A stretch of DNA of 64,000 nt from Lingula anatina. Lineage: Eukaryota; Animalia; Brachiopoda. The stretch lies in the NCBI GenBank assembly GCA_051362555.1, contig CM120640.1:27924503-27988502 (forward strand), read 5' to 3'. The number at the start of each line of letters is the position of its first letter. Position 1 is the stretch's first letter. The position numbers and the translations under genes are program-made. Positions 38,827-52,872 of this stretch are shown here, in pieces. The notes beneath the pieces are model-generated. The model saw only the letters and a program-made list of their open reading frames with translations. It did not search any database and was not told the origin of the DNA.

Positions 38827-41800
38827 ACCACTTCAGCATTGTCTTAAGTGTGAGGGTATTGTCGTATCCCAATGAAATCAATGGAAATAGCACTGAACGG
38901 ATATATAGGTCAGGTGTTAAGTTTACTGGAGTTGAACTGCAGGAAATATATGAATGATTGAAACCTAAAGCTAAAGAAAAGAAAATATTTTCTACCGGGT
39001 TTGTAAATATTTGTTTAAGCCATAATGTGCACATGTCGTGTGCTAAGTTTTAGCCTGAGGACTACAAGCTTGGATGGATACAAAACAGTCCTGTGTCTGA
39101 ATCCTAGAGAGAATCAGAACTGAGAGGCACATGAAAGGATATTGTGGTATTTATGAGGACAATTGTATCCCTTTTTATCCACTAAGTGGGAATAATAATC
39201 ATTTTTCTGATGGCACTGTCGAATAATGGTCCATCAGCTATTTTCTTAATTTATGAATAGAATTTATAGATATATGTGAGACATAAAACGTAAGTACTTT
39301 TCACTGTGTGGAAAATATTCAAACTGTTATGGAATTGATGGTGGAAAGGCTTAATCATATAATGGAAAGGCATGAGATGTATCTGTCATTTTTTTCTGTC
39401 ATTTTTTTTGTTTGTTTGTTTGTTTGGCAGAATAGAGTTTGAAATTTATTCTGCCACAGCAACTAATTCATGGTTGTTTTAAAGTGTCTTTTTATCTTTA
39501 TTTGTTGTTGACACATTTTAAATGTGAATGTTTAATAAATGGAGGAGATTCTGTTGAACAGAATACCTTACAACATTTTGAGGACTTCTACTTTTAAAGC
39601 TTGTGTTTCTGAGAGAGAAGTGGGGGGAGCCCAAGAAAAATGTCTACAAAATTTATCATACTTTTATAACTTTTTCTTTGCAGAGTTAACAAGGAAAAAT
39701 GTCATCCTGAAAGGTTAGGTTTGCCTTTGCTTACATCAAAATATTGGGTAATTTTGCAACACACATACAATACATTTTTATTCTGAAATTACACTTCTCA
39801 TACTTGCAGAATAAAACTGCTTTATTAGGGGCTTATCAAGGCCACTACATTAATGCATGGAGTGAAAAAAAGATGAAAATATCTGCATGTCATTGGGGAA
39901 AAGGGGGTTACATTGGGATAATCACAAATTTGGTTTCAAAATAATGTAAAATACATGAAAAAAAATGGTTGCTTAAAGGTGGAGTTACACATATAGGATA
40001 AGACATCTCTAGCATGTTGCCAGCTCACAAGCTGGGCTGATATCAGAGTTTTTTTTCTTCAGCTGTTAGTATAAATCAACCTCTACATTAATAATGGGCT
40101 TGCTGACTGCCTGACAAAGTACAGCTGGAATGTGCTGTGAACTACAATCTTCCATTCTTTCCAAGGTGGGGAGAACAAATAGCAAAGGAAACAGCGAGCA
40201 ACATGCTGAACAAGACCCTTTTTTCTTTGTTGTGAAAGAAATGAATTTATATTTGGTTTGTTTGTGCATTGGCCCATACCATACCCTGATGTTCCTCTAC
40301 TAAGTAGTGTAACCAGCATGGTAATGGCCCAGATATGATTAGCCTGTTCAGCATACTTAGCTTGTTTGAGACTTGTTTGGAACATTTTATGAAAAAGAGT
40401 AAACAATATTTATTTTATGGCAGTAAGTTGTGTAAAATGTATTAAATAAGATGTATAAATCTTTGGAAGAAAGCTGAAATATTGGATGTTGGTGTGGATC
40501 ACTTACATTTTTCAAGATTGATGTGTTAAATGGTGAATAGTAAAAAAACAGATATTTACATAATGCATTGCCATTTTTATCATTTTTTTCCATTTTTGAA
40601 AGAATACAAAGTTAATATGAGCTTTTTCCTTTAGCAAATTTTAAGATTTTGTGCCGTTTTAAATGAGGCAGAGTGCTCTCAGTAGCCTTACAGCATTCGG
40701 TTTTGATAAACTCAGTTTAACTGAACTGAAACAAACAAACAAAAGAAATTAATGAGTAGAATAATAAAATCTTGGAATTTCTTTCCTAAGAGAACCTGGA
40801 CTCTGAACAGCAGCTTTTTTTTCTCCTGCTGCTGTGAAGTCTTTTTAACAGGGGCTCATACTGTGCTTAAGTATGCAAGGACTATTTGACAGGACAATAG
40901 TAGGTCCAGCTTAGTGTTTGCACAGCACAGCTGAACATCACACCTGGAACTTCTGAAAAACTCACCTGCACTGACAGGGTAGCTTTCACCTTGTAGAGAC
41001 CAAATTATATTTGCTGTTTCAAAGTTTTTTTTTAATGGCACTACTAAAAATTGTTGATAAATAATTGTAGGGACAGTTTCTTGAAGAATTTTTCATACTT
41101 ATTCATTTGATAAATAAAACAAAGTTAAAAAACAAGATGTATAACAGTCTATTTGTTACTCTAACTAGAATGCATATAATTCGGGAAGTATTGTTCATGA
41201 TGTACCAAAATTGGTATTGAAAATATTTCAATTGGTATAAATCTGCCTAACTAGCTACTTTGTGTAGGTTTCGTTCTTATTGACTTCTATAGTAAATACT
41301 TGGTGGCATGGCAGTCATTTTGGTATGTACCTGGTAACATAAATAGCTCTGCAGGTATTTTCTCACACCTGGTGAATTGATCTACTTTTCTTAATTGATA
41401 GCAACTCCCTGGATGTGACATCACCACTTCACAGTCATTTTCCGCACCGTTGGGTTTACTTTTTCTAGGAGAAGTGCAGCCTGAATTAATGTGTGGAATT
41501 ACCATGTATAAATTTACTATTTTTATTTCATCATTCCCCATAAATTCAGAAACTTTGATAACAAATTAGCCACATGACTAGAAAACCTGCGCATTCCCAT
41601 TGCTTTTGCGTGGACAACTTACGTGATGAATTTGTGCACCAAGTGAACTGTTGTTGCATCTCTTATTTTTCTGAGGAAAATTATGTAAACCATTAGACAA
41701 TTGTTACGTTTGGAATCTGATTAGCTCATAATATGACCTCTAATATTTTAAATGTTATTCATTCATCTGGGGATAATTTTTTCTTTTCTTTCCTTCCTCA

Positions 41801-44800
41801 ATGTTAATTTTGTCCTTATAATGACCAACTTGGAAGTCTTGAAGGACATAGGCAAAAGCAGTGGGCTGCAAATCTCTTGGAAAACAGTTCAATTTGATAA
41901 CCTTATCAGTCAATCCCCAGCAGTAATTTTGTAGAAGTCAACAATGTAAGAGTGCTGCTACTCAGATTTGCCATTCCATGCACATTTGCCTTCATTTTCA
42001 GGAGGTGAAAATTGAAATAGAAATGGCATCCTGGTTTAGCCTGTCAACTCCAATTTATCCCTTCAGATTTTCCCTCTCTTCTGGGACTGTAATTTTAGCA
42101 GTCTATATTCTTAAAAATTGTAGTAAGTGGTAAGATGGCTAAAATGGGGTTGTTGAAAATGACTAAGGTGATTGAGTCTTGTGCAAAAGTGCTTTAAATT
42201 GTATTACAAATGCTGTTCTGTTAGATAAAATTTTAATTTGCAACATTGTTTCATGAAGACATAAGTAAATGATCTGTGATAAAATTAGAATAACACAAGG
42301 CTTAACAATTTATTCCAGCATTACATGGAAGTGTTCTTCAAAGAGAAAACACATCGACAGGTTTGCACTCATTCTAACTATCAAACTGTGAAATAGACTG
42401 GTCAGTGGGCTTCTAACATTTAACGGTGTATTTTGGCACTTACACCTTCTTAATGAAATATTTATACTGGAAAATAAATGTGTATTTGGTCAGGAAAATT
42501 GACTTAATTGTGCAACAATATGCCCCCTGGGTATCAAGAAACTAATTTTCAATGCTGCTTAAATAAGCTTAATCTTATTTGCTCTCATAAATCTGTTTTC
42601 CACTCAAAAGGGCAGAAGTCTGATAAATGCAGGCACAGGCAGTTTGAGGAGAAAGCCGAAATTTGACATATTTTAACTGATTCCAAAAACAGCTCGGAGA
42701 TCAGAGAGAGTAGCTGCTACTGGTTTTAATACAACAAACACTGACTCAGCTGGTTTGGGTGAAATTCAGCGCAAAAGTTTATTCACAGACCACCTTCCAT
42801 TACCAAGTTCCACACTGGGAAGAAAATGAATAAATCAGAGCCAGAGTGCTGAGGTATTTTTCAGGGTCTAAAACGAGAGGTATGCAGCAATTCCACATGA
42901 AGGAGCTGATTTTGAACCCTGCAAAACTTGTTAAAAATCCGAAGCCTGGTGTGCAATGCTATTCACACTTTGACTCCTTTAACAAGGGATTTCCAGGGTA
43001 GTACAGGGAGCACCATTTGGTGCAAAATATGCCTTTATCTTGATTCCCTTTCAGAGACAGCATGACTACTTTTCTCAAATATCCCTCTTTTTGATATGTT
43101 CACAATGCATGGCAGCTACCCTCTCTGTGTTCAGTGCACTGTGCCCAGAAATATGGATAATGAGGAATTTGAGCCTTCTACCAGCAGACTGGGTTTCATC
43201 TGTTGAAACCCATGTCAAAAATTTCCAGCTAGTTCTTCTTCCCATGATACCATAATAACTTCTATTTGAATAACCCAGCATGGCAGCCAGACAGCTTACA
43301 TGGATGAAACTTATCCTTCTCTATATATACACTACATAGTGAGGCTGGTTCAGCATGTAGCTGCCAAAAAATATCTTCTCAGTATTATAATCTTCTCTTC
43401 TCAGACATTCTAGATACGGCTGGGTGGGGCAGAAATTGTTGGAGTTGATTAAGTTACAGGACTCGAATGAGAATACAAAAATAGAAACGAAAAAAGTTTA
43501 AAAAATAACAAGTCTGTTACATTGGATGTTTATTTTGAGGCAAGCCTGGTGTGCATTGCCTTCTAATCATTGGGGGATATTTATAGAATCTAAAAAATGG
43601 CAACAAATTCCAGAAAATCTAAGTGAGTGTGCAAAATATCGACATGAGATTTCATAGTCTCAAAATGACCCATTTGTTAAGGGTCTCCGACTGTCCATCA
43701 TGTCCTGGATGTGGGTTTTAAGTTGACATCATTAGGTTAAAGGCTATGTGTTGGGGAAGTTATATTATTTCAAGGGTGTGTGAATTGCTAAATAAAAAGG
43801 ACTTGTAGGTTCTAATTCCTTACATTGACATCAATTTTGACAAAGATGTGATTTTGGTCGATGTGTCAAAGTTAGGATGGGTCAGTGTAGTTAGTGTTCA
43901 TGTAGAGTTTAGTATATCAGTTAATAAAACAGCCTCAGAGGGGCCATGTCTTTGTGGGACATTTTTTAAATGAGTACATACATATACAGAATAATAATCA
44001 AAATGCTGAATTTCACCTTTAAGCTTTAGCAGGGTTTATAAGATATATATATCTTTTTTCTCCAGGATACAGTGAATTTAATAAAGTAAGCCCACATTGT
44101 TTTTAATTTGAAACATAACTCTTTCCGTATTTGTCAGACAATTCTCTTTTGTTTAGATTTCTTTCAGTCGGTTTTCATTTAAGTTATGTGCTGTATTCTA
44201 TATCTGTTTGTTAACATTTTAAATCTAATTGTTTAATATTTTATCAGTTAAAGCTGCATATTTAAACACATTCTTGGTTGTTTTTTGTACTTTTATTTTC
44301 CATGCTGTTGTCTCAAGCTGACAGCTGTCTTCTACTGATGTACAAAGACGAGGTTGTAGTATTTTCTTCTCTATTGGCTCAGCTTTTGACCAGTTTACAC
44401 TTGTTTAAATGACACAGCTATGCTTAAAACCAGAATCAGACCAGACTGTTTAGTGTTAATGAAGAGAAAATGAACAGAGAGACTGCATTACCTCATTTCA
44501 AGTTTGGATGTTAAAACACACAAAGAACAATTACATGGCAAAAGCAAACTGATACAAGCCTAAAACACGAAAATTTTGCTCACTTCAGTACATAAGATTC
44601 CTATGTAAATGTACCTTGTTAGAACTTTCAGTTGATGATCTTTCGCCTCGAGGATTCTTATCATTATCCTGACTTAAATGTCAACATATCACTGTGTACG
44701 GCAATATTGGCTCTCGGGATGGGACGGAACAATAGGGCTTAGCTTTCTGAACCATATTATAGTTATTACCCCTCGCCAGAGGAATGTTCTCAACAAAAAC

Positions 44801-46059
44801 AAGTGGTCCTGGATGGGTAGGTTACAAAATTACTTTCTGTAATGTGTGCATCGGGTTTGGCAACAGACAAGGAAATTGAAAGCACACAGTGTTTGGAAAA
44901 TTGCTTACACAAAGAAAAACATTATCATAAGGGTTGAACAAGAGCTGCAGTAAGGTCTGGTAGGGGTAGTGTGATAGTGTAACTGGACCTTTGCCAGTGT
45001 CAACATTGCATGGTTAGCTGCCAGTGTCATTTTAAATGTCAGGTACGTCACGGGCCTGTCATTTGCAGACTGACATCTGACTTTATCTTGAGACTGAACT
45101 ACATGGGTTGCTTGTTCAATCTGTAACTTCAAAAATTGGGGTGAATGAATGCACAGTCAAAACTAACAGCTTATCAGCAGTTCATTATTTTGCTGATAAA
45201 GAGCATATTAAGTAAACATTACAGATCTTCTCAATCTCTGTTCTTCCTGAATGGAATGCTGTATCACACTGAACACATCTCACAGGGTTAACTTGTTTTA
45301 CTCAAGAATGTAATAATTGTGCTTATAAAAAGTTCTTTTATCTTTCCCTTTACTTATCATTTTTATACATTTGTAGGTAATAGCTTCCAAAAAGTTACTC
45401 TTTTTTGTATTTTTTCTCGTATTGTTTTATTGCTAGTGTTTTTTCATCGTATACTGCATTATTTTTTTTTACAACAAATCAAGAGCATGTTTCTGTTAAA
45501 TACAAGTCACAAACAAAAACATGTTCTAGTAGAAAACAGCAGTACATAATTTTAATCCATACACCATAAGCCTGCAATCCACAAAGACAGATGGTATGCC
45601 CATGGAAATTTTCCTTTTTACGAAATTTGCAAGTTATGGACTAGCAACCACCTGGTGGAGAAATATCATAGGAGATCCTTCCAGTGTTAGTGGTTTCACA
45701 AATGCAAGACCATAAGACTAATAATCACCTAGTAGGAGTTCTTATAAACTGCCACCTCAAGATGATTGACAGTGAGACTTCATTAATTACATGGAAAAGA
45801 GGGAGGAGTTTACCCCCTGCCACAAACGCCTTGATTGACAGCTGAAAAAGAGCAACAGCGTGCAGCACCTACTGCGAATTGATATGTAAACAAGATTAAG
45901 GATAATTCCTTTAGGCTTGTCTGCATTAATTGGGTGATAATTACTTGTTTGTTTTACTTGTAACTGACACCCATACATCATTCTAAGGGGTCATGATAAC
46001 ATGCTGCTGAGGTACGTCTGCAAAAATACATTTTGGGGGCATTTGTTGGTCTACAGTTA

Positions 46060-46273
46060 CACCCCATTCTCATAGATTAGATCGACCTACATTGGATCGA
46101 CCTAACTCCCTGGGGGTTCACGCTAAATAGCTGTCAGCCGGGCGGACACGAAAGTTAATTACCCCTTAAAGCTTGTAGTAGGCGGGGACGGACACTTAAG
46201 GGGGATTATCTGACAGTAATCTAGTGAGACTCCCCGCGGTGATAGATCGATCTAAAAGTTGTGAGAACAGAGC
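46060..46273. mobile_element. MITE (Tourist/PIF-Harbinger-like), family copy 1
   Basis: It has imperfect terminal inverted repeats (ATTCTCATAGATTAGATCGACCTA / TAGATCGATCTAAAAGTTGTGAGAA) with TTA on both flanks. It is homologous in reverse orientation to 63628-63842. Confidence 0.7.
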
Positions 46274-47472
46274 CTTAGAAAATATTTGCTTTGGCAATAA
46301 ACGTATAATTATCTGGCATAAAAGTAATTGCTGAACATTGTTTTACCTTCCAAACATAAGTCTCAGTACATTAACACCACAAATCTTTTTATGTATAGGA
46401 AATACATGTACAAGAACAATTTTAAAAACATAAAACATTTATTGACCAAAATAAAACAGCTTTACCCAGGTGAATCTCAATGTGCCTTCCAGAAGACGAG
46501 TCATAATTTTTGTAAAATGTAACAACTTTTTCATTTCTGGGTCAACTGCAAAGACTCTAGCTTGATTTACATCTTTCAGCACTATATTACAATACAAAGG
46601 TCATTCCAATTTTTTTGTTTATTATGGTTATAATAGTTTAATTTCATCCACAGTGTACACTGAAAAATTCTGTTCTCATCCATTTTAATGACTGATGTTC
46701 ACCATATCACAAAACTAAACATATTCACAGATTGCTTGTTGGCATTAATTTATGTTTCTGAGTGGTAAAAAAAAGAGACAGTATTTAAACATAAGGTCAA
46801 AATCTACAGCATTAGCAGATCCATATCCTTACAGTACAGTAAACCATCATAAAAGAACATAATACCCAGAGTAAATCCTCCCCATCTCCAAACCATACTT
46901 ATTAACAATTAGCACCAAATAATTCAAATCTTTACCAACAATTATATATTAAGATACTTCAGTTTCACATTCATCTCTTCTCCTTTGTTTGTAACACAAT
47001 ATCGAAAGTGACTTGATTGTCAGCAGTTTATACACGGGGCATCCCTCTTATATACATACATCTGAAGATATCCCAGTATCAACCTGTTTCTAAATCTCAG
47101 TTAAGTGAAATACATTGCACAGATTGGTGCCCTGAATGTTCAACACACCAAATGGGTTCACTTTAGACATCCAAGCAGAGCATCTGCATTTTTGCTTTAC
47201 CAGGCTGCTGCTCACAAGGAGCTTACCAGCTCACTGTTCCATATCAGTTCACTTTGACACCAGTGATGTGACCATATATCTTTGCCTTCCAAAGATAAAC
47301 CATCAACATCATTTTATTGAAAAAAAATGCATGCGTTTTCTTTATCTTTCCAAGCTGTTTGTTTAATATTTTTCTACATTTTCTTCCAAATCAAACTTTG
47401 CTTGGATCCTCATTTTTGGCACTTTCTATTGGTAATTATTTTTCTTTCTTTCCAAGTTGAGCAATGAACCTT

Positions 47473-50400
47473 TTACTGGATATTGCAGCTGTGACCTGAA
47501 AATAATTGATACACACAGTAAATAACTAGTAAAAAATTACAGATGAGAGGCTGTAGAAATTTAAGTTTGAACTATCTAAAACATTCAATGAGTATCCACA
47601 CTGTGTGTGATACGTAATGAAGGCAGTACTTTACTACTGATATACACAGGTCGTCTAATACAAGGGGGACACAGCTCATGTTAAGAGGAACACAATGACA
47701 AAGGTATCTCATACAATACAACTATCATAGAACAAAACTATTTCCAAAACTGACAAGTGATGAAGAAACCAGATCCATGTAATACATGCAGCTGGACACC
47801 ACCACTCTTACATAACCCAAAACCTCTCATGTTATCCACCTGTATGTACAACACCCATCAACTACCCCATTAATCCAATGAACAGTTATATGACATAATA
47901 AATGTGACTGGTCCACAAAATACCTAGGTGCTATATAATAATGTTCACCTTGTTCAAATGTCTAAATAGTCCAGTGTGGGTAAGTGATGTCAGGTGAGGG
48001 AGAAGCAGGTGTCAGTGTGTAATGATCATAGTGTTTAGTGTGATAGATGGACCTATCAACTATCATTTGGTCACACCTGCATACAGGCATCTGCTAATAG
48101 AATGGTGCACACCACAGTCCTGTTCATGTCAGTGTTAACTTTGACCTTCTGTTCACATCAGTATCAACTTTGACCCATCTTAAAATGTGGCTTTTTTGAC
48201 AGCAAAACCAGGATAAAAATATTCTGGACAGTGCTGTGTGAATTTGCACCCTTGTATTTTAGTAGACTTTGATCTTGCTTTGTAGACTTATTGCATGTAA
48301 GTGGCAGCACTGTCCTACATCAACTTAGGTATAGGTAGTGAAAATGTCTAAATGGATGAACAGGAAAATGGTTCATGACTGTAAAGTTAATACAGTTTTC
48401 TCTCATCAAATTATCTGATCACGTTAAACATGTTCAGTTGTTGCTTCATTTAAAAAGAAAAAACACTCGAGTCCAGAAGTTATCTAATTACAATTCACCT
48501 TAATTCCCAAAAATCCTGTTAAGACGAGCCTTATTTCCTGTTCAATCTGACACAATTGACCTCCATGAAGTGAAGGTCAAATTGTATTTGAAAGATTAAC
48601 TTAGACTGGCAATTGAATAAACTGAGATTTGACATCACCAGACAAACAGAAAGTGTAGACACCTTATCCCATCTCAGACTTCATTAATCAGTCTGGGGCC
48701 CATTTCAAGAAACCTTTCCACTTTTCATAAGAGTTTTTTTTTTAATTCTCCATTTCAAATGCATTACCCTTAGCAAACACTGAAAAGACAATCACAAGCT
48801 AATGCGAACTTTATGAAACTGGTTTTGGGTCATCAGTTACATCAATTTCAAGAATAAATCATTCATGTATGTGAAAAATGCAGACAGGTTACATCAAGTC
48901 ATTTCTTTCCCTTTCCTTTGATCATTAGTCAGCTCTGCAATAACTCTATGAGGCATGGAGGAAAGATGGCCAAAAATAGAAAGATCAACGCCAATGTAAT
49001 ACCTGAAAATGTCACTGATATTACCTGAAAGTCGCTGGTCTTCTTCCTCTTCTTGTTCTGAAGTGTCTCGTGTCTTTAATTGTTTAACTTTTAGGTAATT
49101 CTTTATGGTTTCTGCTTTTGTCATCCAGACACTGACCTGAAAGATACATACAGACACTGAATAAAAAGTTCATTTTTTAATGTGGAGGGGTGGTGCTAAT
49201 CAAGTCTAAATAAAGAAGCAAAAACATGAACACAACATCTGTACTTTTTTCATCATATCTGATATTTGGATAAGTATCAATAAGTATCAAGTGATTGTAC
49301 AATGTTCCAAACAAAATGATGCGTGTTATTATGCAAAATCTAAAGGCGCTGTTGGTGTTGTGCAAGTGTTGTATGTCATTATTAAGCCATTTCAGCGAGA
49401 TGACATCTTTTAAGTGAATAAAAAAATTAATAAGCAAAGCATGGATTATAGATCACTTAACACAGTACAAATTGCAAGAAAATACATTTAACATACATGT
49501 TTTGATAACAGTTCCTTCTTCCTTTCATTTGCTTCATCTGGTGAGAAAAATATAATCTTAATAATAAATACTTATACTTAAAATGATATCATGAAATTTT
49601 AGTACACTGATGACACGTCAAAACACAAGATAACTAATGTGCTAGATGTAAAAAGTTAAGTCACACCTAACACATTATTAACAACAAAATAGGAGAAAGA
49701 TTAAAAACTTTGGTAATACCCCCTTTACACTGGACGGCGTCCTTTCTGCGTCCTTTCTGCGACCATGAAATTGGCATCGCTGTGGTCGTAATAAGGAGGC
49801 ACGAGCATTTATTTGGTATCAGAATGAATGCTCAATGATCAGCCAGTTGTCTGCACGTAAAGTATTTTTATTTTTTTTACTCTCAAACGGGGCCGTACTG
49901 CTGGATGCAGAAAGGACGCCGTCTAGTGTAAAGGGGGCTTAAGGATATATATGAGAATATTTTATGAATAATTACATCTTATTTCAGTGCTGGTTTTGTT
50001 TTATACAAACCTTGTAACAGTTTTATTAGTACTCCTAGTGCCATTTCATACTTTGCAAGTGCTTCTTCATATTTTTCATAATCTTCCTGAAAGATTTTAC
50101 AAAACACACAATGTCAGGTTTAATTTCTTATTTCTTAAGTTTTTTAGTTATTAAAATAACTGCCCCTCTGCCCTAACCATTCCAACTGAATTATCATTCA
50201 ATAATCTTTATGCAATCGTGTGATATTCTGGCCTTTTTAAAAAATTTCTAACAGTCATTTAAATTTTCCTGTAGAAACTATAAACATACTGCTCATACTA
50301 CCAACATTTCAGGAACTTACTTTGTATTCAGCTACTTCGATCATTGTTAAAGCTGCCTTTAATGTTTCATCTTCTGCTGCAAAAGTTTCTAAAAATGGAA

Positions 50401-52835
50401 AGGAAAGACTGCACTGAAATATTCTAAAACTAATACATATACTACATGGCATATAATGAGTGTAAATTCATATCCAAATGTTGAAAGTGAAAGAAGCTCG
50501 TCTTGCATTCATTGCATATACAAATATCTATATAACACAGCAAAAAAACAAACCCATTTGCTTTTAAAGAGAGAGTGAGACAGATGCCCAAGGAACTTTG
50601 CTATACTTTTCAAGTGCTTTTTCATTTGAATTTACACATGTTTAGAAGATGTTTACAGTAAAGAGAATGGTTAAATTTCAGTTTCACAAAATGAACCCCC
50701 AGTTCAATTATGTCTTCTTACATGGCAAACCAAATAAAAATTTTTCTTAAATTTAATAATAATAATATAATAAATTTATTTCAAGTCTAAAATCCATAAA
50801 ATGTTCAATAGACTGTACAACATAAAATACAAAGAAGTTTATAATCAAAAATGGTTAAGATATATTTTATATAAATAAGAGCTAAACTAAATTGTAATAA
50901 ACAGCAATTAAAAGTAAAAAATTTAGATGTTTATGTATCAGGTGAAGCTTACCCAGTTCTTGTTTACTCCTAGGAGTCAGCTGTTTCTGATTTGTGTGAC
51001 GCCCCTCAGGTTTGAGACATTGTTTTAATTCTTCTGCTCTCTTCATATATTCTCTTACCTGAAGAGCAAAGCAAATATATAGGACTAAGTATAACTTCTG
51101 TACAACATTTCAGTAGGAAAAACACTCACACACATGCTCGCATGCATGCATGCATGCACACACAACTTTTATATTTATTACAAATAAAAGGTAGTAACAC
51201 CTCTTGTCAATCTATCTTCAATACAGGATTTTTTTCTTCTGTTATTAACCAAGCAGATAAAAATCTTTTTTCTACAGCTTTTACCTTTTCTCTCAGCCTC
51301 TGCTTTTTTGTAGGATTAGGTTCATCTGGAATTGAGTTTAAAAAATTCAAAACCAATAACTGTGAGGGCTACATAGTAAAAGAGAGGAAAGATAGAATTG
51401 TAATTTCTTAAACAAGTAACGTGAATTTAAAAAAAAATGTACCACTGGCTGCATCCCAAGGCAATAATTAACAAAAGTCTTTTTTACTATGATAACCATT
51501 AAATCAATTGTCTGTACTTACAATGAATAGCAGGGATAAAATGTTCCAGTGCTTTACAATAAAGTGTCACAGCCTCTTTGTATTTCTTTTCAGTGTCCTT
51601 CTCCACAGCTGCTTTGGCTAACGATATCTAAAAACAAAGTGAATATACACAAAAACTTGAGTATTGTATTCTCTCTCTCTCTCTCTCGCACACACGCACA
51701 CACACACACAACTTCATTGAAGCATACCTGCATTCATGTCTTATAATATCAAATGCTAATCATTTTTGAACTTACAGCCTCATTTAAAGAATTTTTTGAT
51801 GGGATATGCTCTAAGTCAATATATGGATGACTGAAGAAGTCTTCAAACGATATCCTCTTCTCTGGTTCTCGCTGAAGCAGGCGGAGTAGAAGGTCGCGAC
51901 ATCCATCAGAAATATTTACACCAAAAGGAATCTATTAAAAACAAAAATATTTTTAAGCAGTCCTATTAATAAGTCCAAGTTTGTTTGCCTTTATATTTTT
52001 GTAAATAGCAAAACCACATTGAGACAATTCAATTCATCTGGATTCAACTTCTATTTTCAGCCAAATTATCAGAGCCAACATGCTTGTGTCTCTGCATTGT
52101 AATAAAACTCATTCACAGGGAAAATTGCATGGTGGCAATTTAAAACTGTGCACTCCCACTGTTAAAACACGACTTTAATGTTGAACCAAAAACATTCTTC
52201 TCTATACCAAATAATATTCTATTATTATTTAATTTGTTACCTCGACTGGTTTTGTGTCCCGTATCTTTTCTCCAAGCTCTTTTAAACTGCGAGAAGCAAA
52301 TGGTGCCTTTCCAAAGAGACATTCTGGAACAAGATTAATATATACCATTTTGTGCATAAAAACAAAACTGTAAAAAAGGATATTATGAAGTAAATATTAG
52401 CTAACTAGAAAAAGGCAGCAATTTTTATTATTATTATTATTATTGATTATTGATCCAGATCACCACCAAAAACTAATCATCTCTTCCTTGGCCCACTTCT
52501 GACAGTTCTTGAAATTTTCATCAAAATCGGTGTATAACTTTTTGAGTCATGTTGATAACAAACAAACAAACAAACAAACAAACAAACAAACAAACAAACA
52601 AACAAACAAACAGGGGTGAAAACATAACCTCCTTGGCGGATGTAATGAATCACTAATGATAATAAGTAAAACATATTTAATAATATCCATATTTTCTAAA
52701 CAAATAGGAGTGTAAAAGATGACTGGTACCAATAACAAGGAAAGAAACTAGACAAGCCAGCAAATATACAGACACTGAACAAAAAAAAATGGTTTGGCAC
52801 TCCTGGTAAAACATTGCCAAGACACACACACACAC

Positions 52836-52872
<37 letters not shown>

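Noticed and set aside
44640-44790. CpG-richer patch that may be a decayed repeat or a structured RNA
   Set aside because: There is no second copy in the window, no clear termini and no recognisable RNA-family motif.
48692-48830. Possible degenerate MITE beginning GGGGCCCATTTCAAGAAAC
   Set aside because: The matching right terminus is too degenerate to support a call.
52477-52738. ORFs with repeated CLFV
   Set aside because: They are translations of the (GTTT)n tract.
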